A DNA stretch of 64,000 nt, taken from assembly GCA_001643675.2 (NCBI GenBank), contig LSRY02000003.1, positions 744,001 through 808,000 on the forward strand, given 5' to 3'. Below are positions 48,300-60,899 of this stretch, in pieces. This DNA is from Monocercomonoides exilis PA203 (taxonomy: Eukaryota > Protista > Preaxostyla). The notes beneath the pieces were generated by a model. That model ran no database searches. It was not told the DNA's origin and saw only the letters and a list, made by a program, of their open reading frames with translations. Made by a program: the position numbers and the translations under genes. How positions within the stretch are numbered: position 1 is the stretch's first letter; each line of letters opens with the position of its first letter.

Positions 48300-51200
48300 T
48301 CATTGAATCTTTTTCATCTTTTTGTTGTTGAATGGAATAAAGAAGAGATTTTGAATGAAAATCAGAATTTGATTGATTTTCAGCAGTTGAAAGAGAAGTT
48401 AGATGATAATTTGTATGAGGAAGAGAGAAAGAATAAGAGGAAAGAATTAAAAGAGAAAGAGAAGAAAAGGAGAGAAAAATAAAAGAATAAGAAGAGAAAA
48501 GAAAGAGAGAAGAGAGGAAGGAGAGATGAAGAAGATGAAGAAAAATAGGAATAAGAGGAAATAGAAGAGGAAGATGAAGAAGAAGAGGAAGAGGAAGAAG
48601 AAGATGGTTGAAGACGGAAATGAAGAAGAAGTGAATGATGTTGATGTACTTGCAGACGCAAATGTTAAGAAAATGAATGGTGTTTCGATTATTTGCTGCT
48701 GAATCCTTCTTCGATATCTGATTTCAGTCAGAAAATAGAAGCAAATAGTGGTTAGAATCTTCACAGGATTATTCTTCTTTATTTTGTTTTCATCTTCTCT
48801 TTTGAAATCCACTCTTTCTTTACCTTTTTGATTTCTTTGTCAAATCAATCTCTCTTTTTCTCCATCTTTTCCTCCTTTTCATTTTCATTACCACCCACAC
48901 TAATCCCCTCACCAGCCACATGTGCTTCCCAGTTCAGCGTCATCCTCAACCGCTCAAACACATCTCCCACTGTTCACTCGCTCCTGGTTGCAACACACCT
49001 GCGTTGCGCAATCTGCTCTTCTCAAGAATAATACAAGGGATAAGCAGTTAGAAAGAAGAAATAGAAGAATAAGGAGGGGAAGAAAACATGTTCATAAAGA
49101 GGCAGAGCTTGGGCTAGTCATGTCGAAGGTCTTCTGCGTGAGTGAAGAGGAGTCTGTGGCAGGAGATGAAGGAGTGAGTGGCTTTGGCGGAGTTCCAACA
49201 AGAACAGAAGGGGCAGACAATTGTGTGTGTGGCAAGGGAGAAAAAGGAGGAGTTGCAAATGTTGAGGAGACTGTGATGTTTTGAGTGTGCTGTCGAGCAA
49301 GCAATACACCTGCTGATGTTCATCATTTTCATCACCACCTTCTTCTCTTCCCCTGTCCCTCCTCCTCCTTTCTGTTACTGCCTGTGGAAGCCTTGTGTCG
49401 AATGCATCAATTTGCGATGTGCTAAAACTCGTCTTTCTCATTTATCTTCGTCTTCGCCTTTGGCTCTTCCTGCTGTCTTCCTTTCCTCTGCTCCGAGCTT
49501 AACTTGCAACTGAACAACTCTTTCTTTGCCTCTTCCATTTGAACTTCAACTTCTCTCTCTTCGCTTCTTGGCAGTATCATAAAGCGTGCAGATGAACGTT
49601 ATGTGCCTTGATGCTCCTTCCTTCTTCCACCGCCATTTCTCATTCGATGCCCATTCCGCTCATTCACCCTGTTCAGCACAGCCGGAGCGCGGAAGCCGTA
49701 CGAAGTGCTGAAGCAGAGCGGAATACGCCTCTGGGGAAGAGGAAAACAGTTCAAATGCACATTCAGCGAAGCTGCATAATGCATTGATGGTGGTGATGAC
49801 GATGATGAGAATAAAGAAAAAGGAGGAGGATGGGAAGAAGAAGAAGAAGAAGAAGAGGATGAAAAGGAGGAGGAGGAGAAAGGAGGAGGAGGAGAAAGGA
49901 GGAGGAGGAAAAGAAGAATTAAATTTGTTTTCAATTGATGTGTTTGAAGAAGTTGCATATAAAACTTGTTATGTTGGGAATACCATTTTCCTGCTGGCAA
50001 ACTGAGTTTTGTTGTTGGACGATGAAAAAAAAGGAGAAGACGATAAAAGACGAGAAGAATCAGAAGATGTTGAACGAGATGTTGAAATTGAAGAAAAACG
50101 AGAAGAAAAACGAGAAGAAGAAGAAGAAATTGAAGAGGAAGAAGAGGAAGAGGAAGAGGAAGAAGAAATAGAAGAAATGGAAGGAGAAGAGAAAAACGAA
50201 GGAGAAGAAGAAGATTGTGGATAAGGAGCAGAAAAAGGATGAGAGTGAGGTGAAGTCGGAGGTGTTATCATTGGGCTGAGTGAGCGAGCAGATAAAGTGA
50301 TTGTTGCTGGAGAAGAAAGACGAGGAAGAGGAAGAGGGAGAGGGAGAAGTAGAAGAAGAGGGTGAGAAGGAGAAGAAGAGGAAGAAGAGGAAGAAGAAAC
50401 ATGAGAATGATCGGTTGCATTCACTGAATCTGTGAATGACGAAGAAGGAGATGATAGAGATGAAGAAGATGAAGAGGAGGAGGAGGAAGAAGAAAAAGAT
50501 GGAGATGAAGAAGAAATGGAAGAAGTATAAAAAAGAGCAGTCAATGCAGTGAGTGGTTGAAGTGCTCGTTTATTGAATGAAGAAGACTGTTTTCGTGTGG
50601 AAGATGAAGAAGGCACAAAATTAGAATATACTTCATTTTCTTCTAATGAAGAAGAAGAAGATGATGATGACGATGACACATAATTAAAAGCATAATCTTT
50701 GTTTTGCACAGGAGAAGCAGAAGAAGAATAAACAAGTGGAGGAAGAGAAGCAGAAGAAGGGAATCTGTTGTGATGATTTGCCGGTGAATGATTATTGTTT
50801 GGAAAAGAAGAAGAAGAAGAAGAAGAAGTTGATGATACTGATGACAATGATGAACCTGTTGTTGTTGGATAAGAAAAGAAGGATATCTGATCGAGTGAAA
50901 TTGTATTCACAATCATCGCCTTTATGCTAACTTCAGCTGTTTGTGACAAAGCAAAAAGAGATACAGAAAACTCAAAGTTACTAAAGGAAACATCATCCAC
51001 AATCACTTTTCCACTCGACGAAGCAACAAAAGAGAAAGAAACAGCTGTGCCGAAATCAGTTTGCTTGGCAAAACTGCAATGAGAAAGAGTTAATTCACTG
51101 GCAGTAGTGGTGGATAAGATCAGCACATTCACAAAATTCACAAAAAAGCAGGAAGTGTATGTGCAATCTGCTCAAACTTAAGTGATCCAACTGTCTCCAT

Positions 51201-53036
51201 TACAATTCGCGTGGAAGAAGTAATCAAATCTTTCAGAATAAAACCTGCCTTCACAATCACAGCTTCTCCTCCTTCACTTCCTCCTCCTGTCTTTTCCACC
51301 CCTCTCTTCACCACACGCTGATCCATCTCCGCTTCTGCCTCCAGCGGTGAATCGCCCGTCAGCTCAACCGTCCTTTCTCCTTTTCTCCCAAACAGGGAAA
51401 GCGCATAATCAACAGACAGGCACTGCACCGTGTCTCCCCAGAAAATCCCGTTTGTCCCGCTTTCCCCGATGATTGCGAGTGAATGCAGATTCAGCCCAAT
51501 GATGAAAATAAACAAGTCAGTATTTACTGTGAATCCTGCTCGATCGATTCCAATAAGAAAATTTGATCTTTGCTCTTTGTCGATGTCTAATGCGAAGGAG
51601 AATGAGGAGCTGCTAACTTTTGTTGTCAAGTCAGCACACGACAAAAACAGGTCTTTCCCTGCAAATGCATTGTTTGACAAGAAAGTTTACCCACTCAGTG
51701 CAAAATCATCGTTGTTTGTTGGACAAAGCAGTTATAAAAATCCTCCTTTTCCTTCATATTCGGTTTCGCATGTGCATCCGGATGTTGTCGTAGTGCCATT
51801 CACTACAAGAGCTCCTGTTTCAGAAAGAGAAATTAATAGCGCACCCCTATTTGTGCTTGAAGTGGAAGAAGAGGTAATTATTTCGCAGGAGTCATTGCAA
51901 AGAGCTGTTGAGAGCTGAGAAGAAGAAGAAGAAGAAGAGGTGGAAGATAAAAGCGCTTCCTTGTTTATACCAACAGCACTAACATCAGAGAAGCTGCATG
52001 ATTCGAGAGTGAATGATGGTGTAACTGCGTTTGAATAAGTATTTGACTTTGAAATTGAAGTAGATAAATGTAAAGATAAAGAAGAAGAAGTTGTAGTTGT
52101 TGAAGCAGATGTTAAGCTAAATAGCGGTTCAGCACTCAACGTCACACTCGATACAATAAATGAGTTTAGTGTAATTTCAGCTGACTGACTGAACAGAAAC
52201 GGCTGAGATTCAAATGAAGCAAGAGTCAGATAGCAATTGTTGATTTTGTACTTGCCGTCATCCACTAAAACCAGGGAAAAAGTGATGGAAACGGAATTTT
52301 AAAGGGAAAATTCGCAATCTCCGAAGGAAAGCACAGCATCTTCTGTTGATGAAGCAACAAGAACTGCTTCTTCTGTTGTGAAAGACAACGGAAGCGACAA
52401 AATAATCCTTGCAAATGACAAGGAATTTGTGGTTGTCAGCACATTTGTGTGTGAATCACCAGAAAATTCAGCTTTGAACGAAAGAGTGCATTTGGCGCTG
52501 GCGTCACTGAAAGCCACGGAGCAGAGCGACAAGTCAAACGAGTCTTCGATTTCTGCACTGCCAATGATGGATACTTGTATTGTGGAGTCAGAAGTCATGT
52601 CAGTGTTCTGCATGCCCTGCCGGAATGAATAGCACGGACCGTCTTTGCTTCCACAGCCAATTATATCCGCTGCAGAAGAAGAAGAAGAAGAAACAAAAAC
52701 AGAAGTCTTTTTCCTCAACACAATGAACAAAAGCAGGCTTTTTTCTGTAAGTTCCGTGTCGCTGCCAACCAAAGCGTTTCTTTTGTTCAAAAATTCCGTT
52801 AAGTCATAATTCAAGTGTTCCGAAGGAATCGTCCCTTTAGCCTAGACAACAAAACAAACAGATTCGTCCCAATGAAAGCAGAGCAATCTGTGAATGAAAC
52901 ATCTTTCAGCGCAAAGTCATGTGTTTCCGCTGAGCAGTCAATGAAAACACTGCCTCATTTGCCTTCGGTTGCTTCCAACGAGAAGCTGCGAAGGAGGGAA
53001 CAGCATCATTTATGTCTAATGGAAGAGAAGTGAACT
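48300..53036 (-). pseudogene. Large decayed surface-protein family gene
   Basis: ORF chain 52299, 51732, 51138 and 49969 with 'CGSKDGPCYSF', 'GKGGFL', 'NAFAGKDLFLSC' motifs and Ser-rich expansions; stops and frameshifts. Confidence 0.7.
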
Positions 53037-53726
53037 GGGTGTATCTTTTGAAGAATCTAACAGCAGAAGAAAAGTTAAATTAAAAATTGAGTAATGTGTA
53101 AATCAATTTCCTCAAAAAAAGAAGTTTTTCATTAGATAATCAAATTTTATTTTTCTTACCATAAACCCATTTCAAATTTCAAATTTTTCGTTGATCTGCA
53201 ATTTGCAGAAATGATTATTTTTTGATTGTTAATGGTAAAAATGTTATGAAAAAGTGATTAATTAGCATTAAAACTATTTCTGCAAATTTCCAAGTTATAA
53301 AAATCTTTGATTGATCGAAAAGATCATATTGAACAATTTTCAAAATGAGTATTTTTGAAAACATTTTTTAATAAATATTATTAATTTTTTGATTTCAATG
53401 GATGATATAAATTTTCGTTGTTCATAATTTGACACCATTGAAAAAAGTACTTTTTGAAAAAATATATCATAAATTTTTATGTTACAACTTTTAAAATTTC
53501 GATTTTAACGGCATAAACATACAAAACGTGTACCAAAAATTTTAACTAAATAATAACAACGGAAGTTCCGTTTTATGATTCTGTTAATATTCACTTCGTA
53601 ACATCTTGCGAAAAGTGATGTGCGTGAAAAAAGATCAAATAATATTTTCGCAAAAATTTTATAAAAAAATATTATTTATGGTTCAAATTCCGAGGAATCT
53701 TCTCCTGTTCCAGCTCCAAAAAGATC

Positions 53727-55113
53727 TTAATCCTCGCTTTCTGATATAAAAAGTTCTTCTTCGGTATCCTCTTCATCTCTAATTCCTAAAATGTCATTTA
53801 TATCAGGAATTTCTTCGTTTTCATCAACTTCATCATCATCAATTTCCAGTTCAAATTCATCTTCAGAATGAAAATTTATTACTTTTTCGATGAATTCTCC
53901 GTAGGAAAGAAAACCTGATCTTTTGACAATGAACGTTGCAAGCACTCCAGGAATAAACCGCTCTCTCACTCCATATCTTTAAAAAAAAAAGATCGCAAAT
54001 GTGCCCACATTCCTTCGATAGTGTTCGTATTGGCTTTTGTGACGGGATCAATGTAATGACGTTTGTGGCAGACGGTTTGGTGGGTGTAACCAATTTCTCC
54101 TAAGCAAGTGTATGCTTTCCACTCGTCGCTGATTATTGTTGTTCCTTCTTTGATTCTATTTTTAAATATAGGGATTAATGTGTCAAAATTTTTTTGTAAA
54201 GTTCCTAGAGTTTTATTTTCTAATAAGATGAAAATTTCATATTTCGATCAAATTTCTGTACCCAATCAAGAAACTTTTCATGAATGGAAATAACAACATT
54301 GTTGAGATTTAACTCTCATGACAGCGATATTTGGTGAGTGAGAACAGAAATTTGATCGTAAAGTGAATTTTTTCTTAATTTGAAAATTAAACAAAAGGAA
54401 CTTTTCAAAAAAATTTAGACATTGTCTCTTTTTTTCGATTAGGAACAATGACCACAAATTTTTTTCCTAATTCTTCTACGCCTTTTCGTTCGACCGCTCC
54501 AAATATCCACATCAATTTTTTCTGCTTTCCTAATTTAAAAAAAATAGTAATTTTCACAACAAATAAATTAATATTCATGAAAACAAAATATGTATTCAAT
54601 GTTAAAACCTTTTTTGTATTTCCGTCTCCTCCATGCTGCTTCATCAATTTCTACTATTTTGCCTGCCCCTCCAATTTTTTCATTTCTGTAATTTAAGTAA
54701 TTTTACGCAGTTGACATTGCAATGCTTATCCAGTTCCCAATAGTCATTTGAGATACATTAAGCATCATGCCAATTTGCCAATCTTTGATTTCCAGCCAAA
54801 ACATCAAAAAAATCATCATCACAGTTGAAATTGGTAATTTTGAAGATTCCAAAGTTGTATTTTTAAAGCAGGAAACACTTTTCTTGCACTTTGGACACTT
54901 CAGGAATCTTGAATGTCCCATTCCTTTACAGATATATTTGACTTTTGTGCAGTGTTGGTATACTGCAAAAATCTTAGGAAAATATTGTTGTATCCATTTC
55001 CAAGATGTTTCTTCAGATGAAAATGTTTCATACAGCGTATGGCATTCCTTTTTGAATGGTTTTTTCCAAGACATAAAATTTTTGATCGACAAAAATTTTA
55101 TGATCAAACCCAT
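53727..55113 (-). pseudogene. Merlin/ISXO2 DDE transposase, disrupted
   Basis: 'CPKCKKSVS..SSKLP', 'GGAGKIVEIDE..RRKYKKG', 'WIFGAVER', 'GTTIISDEWKAY', 'VCHKRHYIDPVTKANTNTIEGMW'. One in-frame TAA, a probable GT-AG intron ~54529-54608, a MITE insertion and a frameshift. Confidence 0.92.
54182..54422. mobile_element. MITE inserted in the Merlin transposase
   Basis: Flanked by TGT on both sides; removal restores 'KKETLIPIFKNRIKEGTTIISD'. Confidence 0.8.
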
Positions 55114-55669
55114 TTTTTTATGTGATTTTAAGAAAAATTATATTTTTAATTTTGTCCAGAGGATGCAAAGCGCAGACAAAGAACATAATATTTTTAAACC
55201 TAATAAGCAATAGATTGTGAAAATGATTGAAAGAATTTAAAATATTTGGTATGCTTATGCCATTTTAACTTTTGTTGTGACATTTTATATTCACATATAA
55301 ATTATTTATTTGAAATAATATTTAAATTGTGATAGAGATGCAAATTTTTTATATAAAATATTTTTAATCATTTTTTTTTAAGAATTATTATTTTATTGTT
55401 TGAAGTGTATTTTTTTCCTGATAATGTGGAAAAGGAGATAAAATTCATGTCAGTTTTGAACTTTTGTAAATTTTCAGAAGGATAATTTTGAATAATAAAA
55501 ATTCATTTTTGGAAGCTCTTTGAATATTTAATTTGTCAATTTTTCTTTGAATAAACACAAAGCCAAAAAAACATAAAAAAAAATTAAAAAATAAGTATTA
55601 TAAATTCAAACAACAGCTTATGAATCTCTTATATCATCAAACCATTATTAAAACACTTTCGAAATAAAA

Positions 55670-58600
55670 ATGTCTTTTTCAAAACCTCAATCAACTCTTA
55701 ATTCTCGATGCAAAGTTATTTGGAACGAAATAAAACGAATTTGTGGAGATGACGTTGATTCACTGCTTGCCTATTTGTTTTACACTTACAGGCAATCATC
55801 TTCAGTAATTAATGATTTCCTGGTCTTTGAATGGTTTGGCTTTAATTTTTTTGGATTGAGTGAAACATGTCATTTCAACTCTCTGTTATTTTTTTTTTTC
55901 TTTATTATTTGTTTATTATTTATTGATTTAAAACAGAATATCACATAAAGCTGCTGGAAAACCTGTCTGTGGTGAACAACAACGCTCCGTTGCACACTCA
56001 GACAACAATGCTGCAAGCGCTGTCCCGCAACACATCATTATCCGATTTGCTGGAATATGGATATGATGTCACAGAAGGCAAATACATTTATGCAAAACAA
56101 ACTTTGAAAAAAAACCAAGGATTTATTGTCCCGCCTCAGAAACCACATCTACCGTCTTGCAGAAGTGGTTTGAAATTATTAATATTTTTTCTTATTTTTT
56201 TCATTGTTTTCCAAGGATTAAATGAAAAGGATTGGGAAAAGGGCAACAACTGGATGTTGGCCCATTCAACTGAAGCCTCGACTTCGCTTCAATCTGCAAA
56301 GAAAAAGCAGCGAACTGAGCCAGACGATGCGAGATTTATTGACGAGGAGGCTTGAGAAGATGAAATTGTCACAGAAAATTATTCTTCAAATAAAAAACAA
56401 TCATCTTCATCTTCAACATCATCTCAACAAAACAAAAAATCTCATTCCGTTTCAGATAATAAATCTTTATCAACAAATTCTTCATCTTCTCAAGCTGTTG
56501 ATGCACCAATCAGTACTCCAATTAGAAGAGAAAGGGGTCCAACAAAAAACCAAAATAAAAATTCAAATCACAAACGTCACTCTTCTCCATCTCCAATACC
56601 AATTCACAAAATATTCAAATCAAAAACTTCTTCTTCACAAATTTCAATTACAAAAAAATTGAAAGAAAAAATAAATTCTTCATCATTTCAAAATGATAAT
56701 GTGTTTGTGAGTGAGCAATTGGAAGATTATGATACTTCACCCACATTAATTCCACCTCAAGCATTTCAAACTCTCTTTTCTTCATTTTCTAAAGAGAATG
56801 ACACTTCAACAGTTCAACAACAAAGCATTCAACCTTCATATAATGAAATATTTCAATAAAAAAATTCTTCAAAAAGTATTACAAAAAAGAATGCTAAAGA
56901 AAATTCAATTAAAAATCATTCTCTTTCTCAATCTTCTTCTAATTCATTAAATTCTTCGAAAAAATCATCACAAATAGCAAAAGGATTGCCAAACTTAGGC
57001 AACACCTGCTATTTGGCTTCTCTTCTTCAATATTTGACATCAATTATTTCACAAAAACCATCATTAATCAAAAAACAAACAGCTTTTAAAAACACTTCTT
57101 CGCGTGTTATAAGTGTATGCAATCAACTATTCAAAGATAGAATTGAAGTTCGTTCGTGGATCTCATCGCTTATCAACAAATAAGAAACATTTTGCGTATA
57201 CAGCAGCAGGCAGCAACAGAATGTGATAGAAGCATTTGAAAATCTTCATCAACTTCTTCAAGATAATAAGATATTTGTAAAGGATACATTCAATCCAGTA
57301 ATCATCACTCATCTCAAATGTCAAAAATGTCAAAAAGTTTCTAATCATTTTAATGAATCTTGTTGTAATGTTATCATCAATACATAATCACCTCACAAAG
57401 GTTTATCTTCACTTTTTGCAACAGAAATTTTGGATGGAAAGAACAATGTTTATTGCGATGAATGCAAAGAGAAATGCTGTGCAGCTCGATGGGAGAAAAT
57501 GGCTGCATTACCGGAGGTTCTAGCCATCTGTCACGAATGCACTGACTCTGCTTGCTCTGCTCCTTCAAGAATACTTCTAATTGAAACTAATCGTGTTCAC
57601 CAGCGATCGTTTATCAAAGGGTTTTCAACAGAAAACGTTCAACATATGCAAAAGAACAATAAGGAAATCATCATATATCATCTCATTGGGCAAATTCTTT
57701 TCAAGCGTTTTGATCTTCAGAATGGACACTACATCGCAGTGATTAAAAAAAAGAGAGGAAACAACTGCAGATGGAATATCTGCAATGACGCTGATGTTAC
57801 AGAACTGAACATCGAAAATTGGACAAAGGCATTGAAGGATCTTTATGCTCAAGGTTACACTCCGTCACTCTCATACTATATCAAAGAAAAAACAAAACCA
57901 ACGTTATCATTCATTCAATTTGGTGGCTCCTTCTCTTCTTCTTTAGAACCATCAAATAATAACACTTCAAATGACATATCATCATCATCATCATCATCAT
58001 CATCATTTATCACACCACCTCATCGTTCAACTTCCATTCCTCCACTCTCTTCGTCAATTTCAACAAGTTATGGTTTGGAAGCACTGAATGAAAAAAGAAA
58101 GAAAACGGGCATCTTTTCTCCCAATGAAAAGAGATTAATCTTCATGCCCAAGACGAAATTATGGAAAGAGTTTACAGATGAAACAAACATCAAAGTTTCT
58201 CTGTCTCATTTCTACAAACTCACTACCAACTTCTCCAAAGCGAAAAGACGAACCGACCTTTGTGGAATGTGAAAGAAGTTGAACTATTTGGAGAATAAAC
58301 TCAAATCTTCACAAAACAAAAATGGACTTTCTCCTGCAGAATTTCAGACTCTTACACTTCTTCATCAACATCGTCTTGTTGCAGAAATCCAACGTTGACA
58401 TTATCAATCCACCGTTGATAATCTGAAAGAGGGAGAAGCAATCTTCGTTTTCGACTTCAAAGAGAAATGGAAACTCCCTATCAGAAAAAATCAACTTCAA
58501 CAAGAATTCTTTAATTATCAACAAGTTTCTCAATTCACAATCATCTCTCTTCAAAAAATTAATAATAAACAAATAAAAAGAACTTTCAACTTCTTCTCCG

Positions 58601-59367
58601 ACTGCCTCTCAAATGATCACAGATTTATTATTGAGTGTCTGGAATCTGTGATCAAAAGACACTTCTTCTCAGACACTCTCACTTTTTTGTTCTTCTGCTA
58701 TTCGGGTCCACACAACCGAAATCGCTTCCTTCTTCACTTCATCCTCTCAAAACTATAGAAACTTCTTAAAAAGAAAAACACTCAACTCGACTTCTTCGCT
58801 GAGCACCACGGAAAAAATATCTATGAAAATGAATTTGGTGCACTTGTGAACACAATCAACAACATATCAACTGAACACATCACTACACTTCATGACTTAA
58901 TCAACTTCTTCGAAAACAATATGAACACATTGACATCAGCTTCTTCAACTTCTCAATCAAACATTTTCTCATCATCATCATCAAACTCTTTACCATCTTC
59001 AACATCTGTCAATTGCTTTGAGCATGAGAGGTACTTTGAAAAATATGTACCATCTCAACAAATTTCATGGCCATCATTGTCAGTTCACCACATGAAAGAC
59101 TACTTGTATTTTGAGTGCAAAGGCTCATTTGTCTCTGCTTCAGCTGTTGGATATCTTCCTCAACGCTCTCTGGTTGCCCTCGAATCTTCAACAATGAAAG
59201 AAAAAGTTCAACGTTCAAGAAAGTCATTTCACTTTGATGTCACATCATCCAACTCTTCTCTTCTTTCTCAATCTTCTCAAGATCTTCTTTCAAGGAGATT
59301 TGAGCTTCTTCTTGACTCTTCTTCTATTTGTGAATCTCAAAATTGTATTAATGGTGTACCTTTTTAA
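55670..59367 (+). pseudogene. Sola2-like transposase with embedded USP (peptidase C19) domain
   Basis: USP 'GLPNLGNTCYLASLLQYL', 'QQQN', 'GHYIAVIK..WNICNDADV'; downstream 'SHFYKL..RRTDLCGM', 'FVFDFKEKW', 'SDCLSND', 'YSGPHNRN', 'FFAEHHGKN'. Several in-frame stops and probable short introns near 55830-55936 and 56168-56214. Confidence 0.72.
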
Positions 59368-59371
59368 GAAA

Positions 59372-59509
59372 CTAGTTGTTGTGTATGCTAAGCTGGCACT
59401 CTATCGGAAGGGTGTAGGACATGACTGTTCGTATTAGATACTGCAGCCTTCGGGCTGCTTTATCCGGACCTGGATACGACGAACAGCCTCCCAGGTGCAC
59501 AACAGTTAG
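59372..59509 (+). ncRNA. Candidate structured RNA of unknown class
   Basis: 15-bp closing stem with G-U pairs, C(UUCG)G hairpin, additional stems and a possible pseudoknot in a GC-richer island. Confidence 0.5.
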
Positions 59510-60899
59510 AATCCGATTGTTTTCTTGTGGTTTTTGTCCCGATATTGTCCCTATGATTAAATTGGTTATTGTCCCTATATTTATTGTATTTATCGAGATT
59601 CATTAATAGAGAGAGTTGTGAAAGAATTCATTGATCTTTGAGTGAGGTTCATGGGAGGGAGAGTTGTTGAGAGTGTGAAGCGATGTTTTATCATTGTGTC
59701 TTTCTATTTTCTTTGTTAAATTTGTACTTTTTGAGTGAGGACAAGAGTTATATCAGAAAGAGGAGAGTGGATGGAAAACTGAGGGAAAATAGACAAGTTA
59801 GTTTTTGAACTTTTAATATAAGTTTTCTTTTTTGCAAGAAATTGTCTATGATACCACGAATTTGTTGAAATAGTATAGATTTTTCTTATATCTTTTATTG
59901 TTCAAAATTGTTGATATTTAGTTGACATTTGGTGATTGTTTTTATGATTATGTGACAGAATTGTGTTTTTTTGAATGTTATTGAATCTGATTAGAAATAT
60001 TCTGATTGTTTTCAATTTTTTTAATGATAAACATCATGAAGTGCTTTTTGTTTTTTTTTTGTCATTTTGATTGTTGAACAATTGTTATTTTTTTACGTAT
60101 TTTTTTCATTTCTCTGATATTTTTTCCATTTCGAAAAAAACAAAAACTCGAATATACAGACATTTTTCTGCTTGAAATTATTTTTATTTCTTCCATATTT
60201 CAATAATTAACGTTAAAAGCAATAAACATTTATTTATAAAAAATAACTTTTCAAACAAAGATCAACAAAAAATTAACTGTTTCACAAAAGATCTCAATGA
60301 TCATGAAAATTTTTTAATTACGTGGAAATTTGCAGAAATCGTTATTAACCTTATAAAACACTTCAACATTGAATAAATATTATCTATGAGCATTTAATAA
60401 GCATTTCTGCAAATTGCGGATCAACAGAAAAATCAAAATTTGAAATGGGATTGTAATGAAGAAAAAGGTTTGAAATTTCATATTGATGCTTTATTTTCGA
60501 AATTTTTCTTAATTCGCTAAGGATTCTATTATTAAATTTTGAATATTTCTTTCGTTTTTCTTTGTGGAAATTCTGCAGCTCTTTCTCAACTGAAGCCATA
60601 GTTGAATTTTGTTGTTTCCCGTTTCTTAATACATTAAAACAGGTTTAATGTAATTTGTCCTTCAGACATTTTCTCAATAATTAATTATTTTATCTATTTT
60701 TTGTAATCTTTTACTCCTGTTTTTTTTTTGTAATTCTTGGAAAGAATGAATATTTTTTGATTTCTCATTTCTTTTCACTTGAGGAATACGCCTTGCTGCT
60801 CGGTGTTTGAGTTGCAGAGAAATGAGGAGAAACAGCGGAATTTTTTCATGATAAGCTTGAATTTATATTCGCCTTTTCGGAGAGCTGTTTATTGTTAAT

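Larger units (their letters stand above)
53510..55261 (-). mobile_element. Merlin (IS1595/ISXO2-like) transposon, nested
   Basis: Short TIRs GGCATAAACATACAAAA / GGCATAAGCATACCAAA; perfect 8-bp TSD ATTTTAAC (53502-53509, 55262-55269). Confidence 0.93.
53037..60587. mobile_element. Sola2-like DNA transposon with long diverged TIRs
   Basis: Inverted homology 53140-53330 versus 60290-60480 (CCCATTTCAAATTT..GTTGATCYGCAATTTGCAGAAATG); candidate termini GGG (53037) and CTC (60587) both flanked by AACT; contains a transposase-like gene. Confidence 0.6.

Noticed and set aside
47122-50930. Many poly-E/K/L/F ORFs on alternative frames and strands
   Set aside because: Shadow frames of (TCT/GAA)n Ser-rich low-complexity coding tracts.
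59440-59480. Minus-strand CAGGTCCGGATAAAGCAGCC resembling SRP RNA helix 8, and a partial HDV-ribozyme-like topology
   Set aside because: The helix-8 apical stem cannot form, and there is no room for HDV P3/L3.
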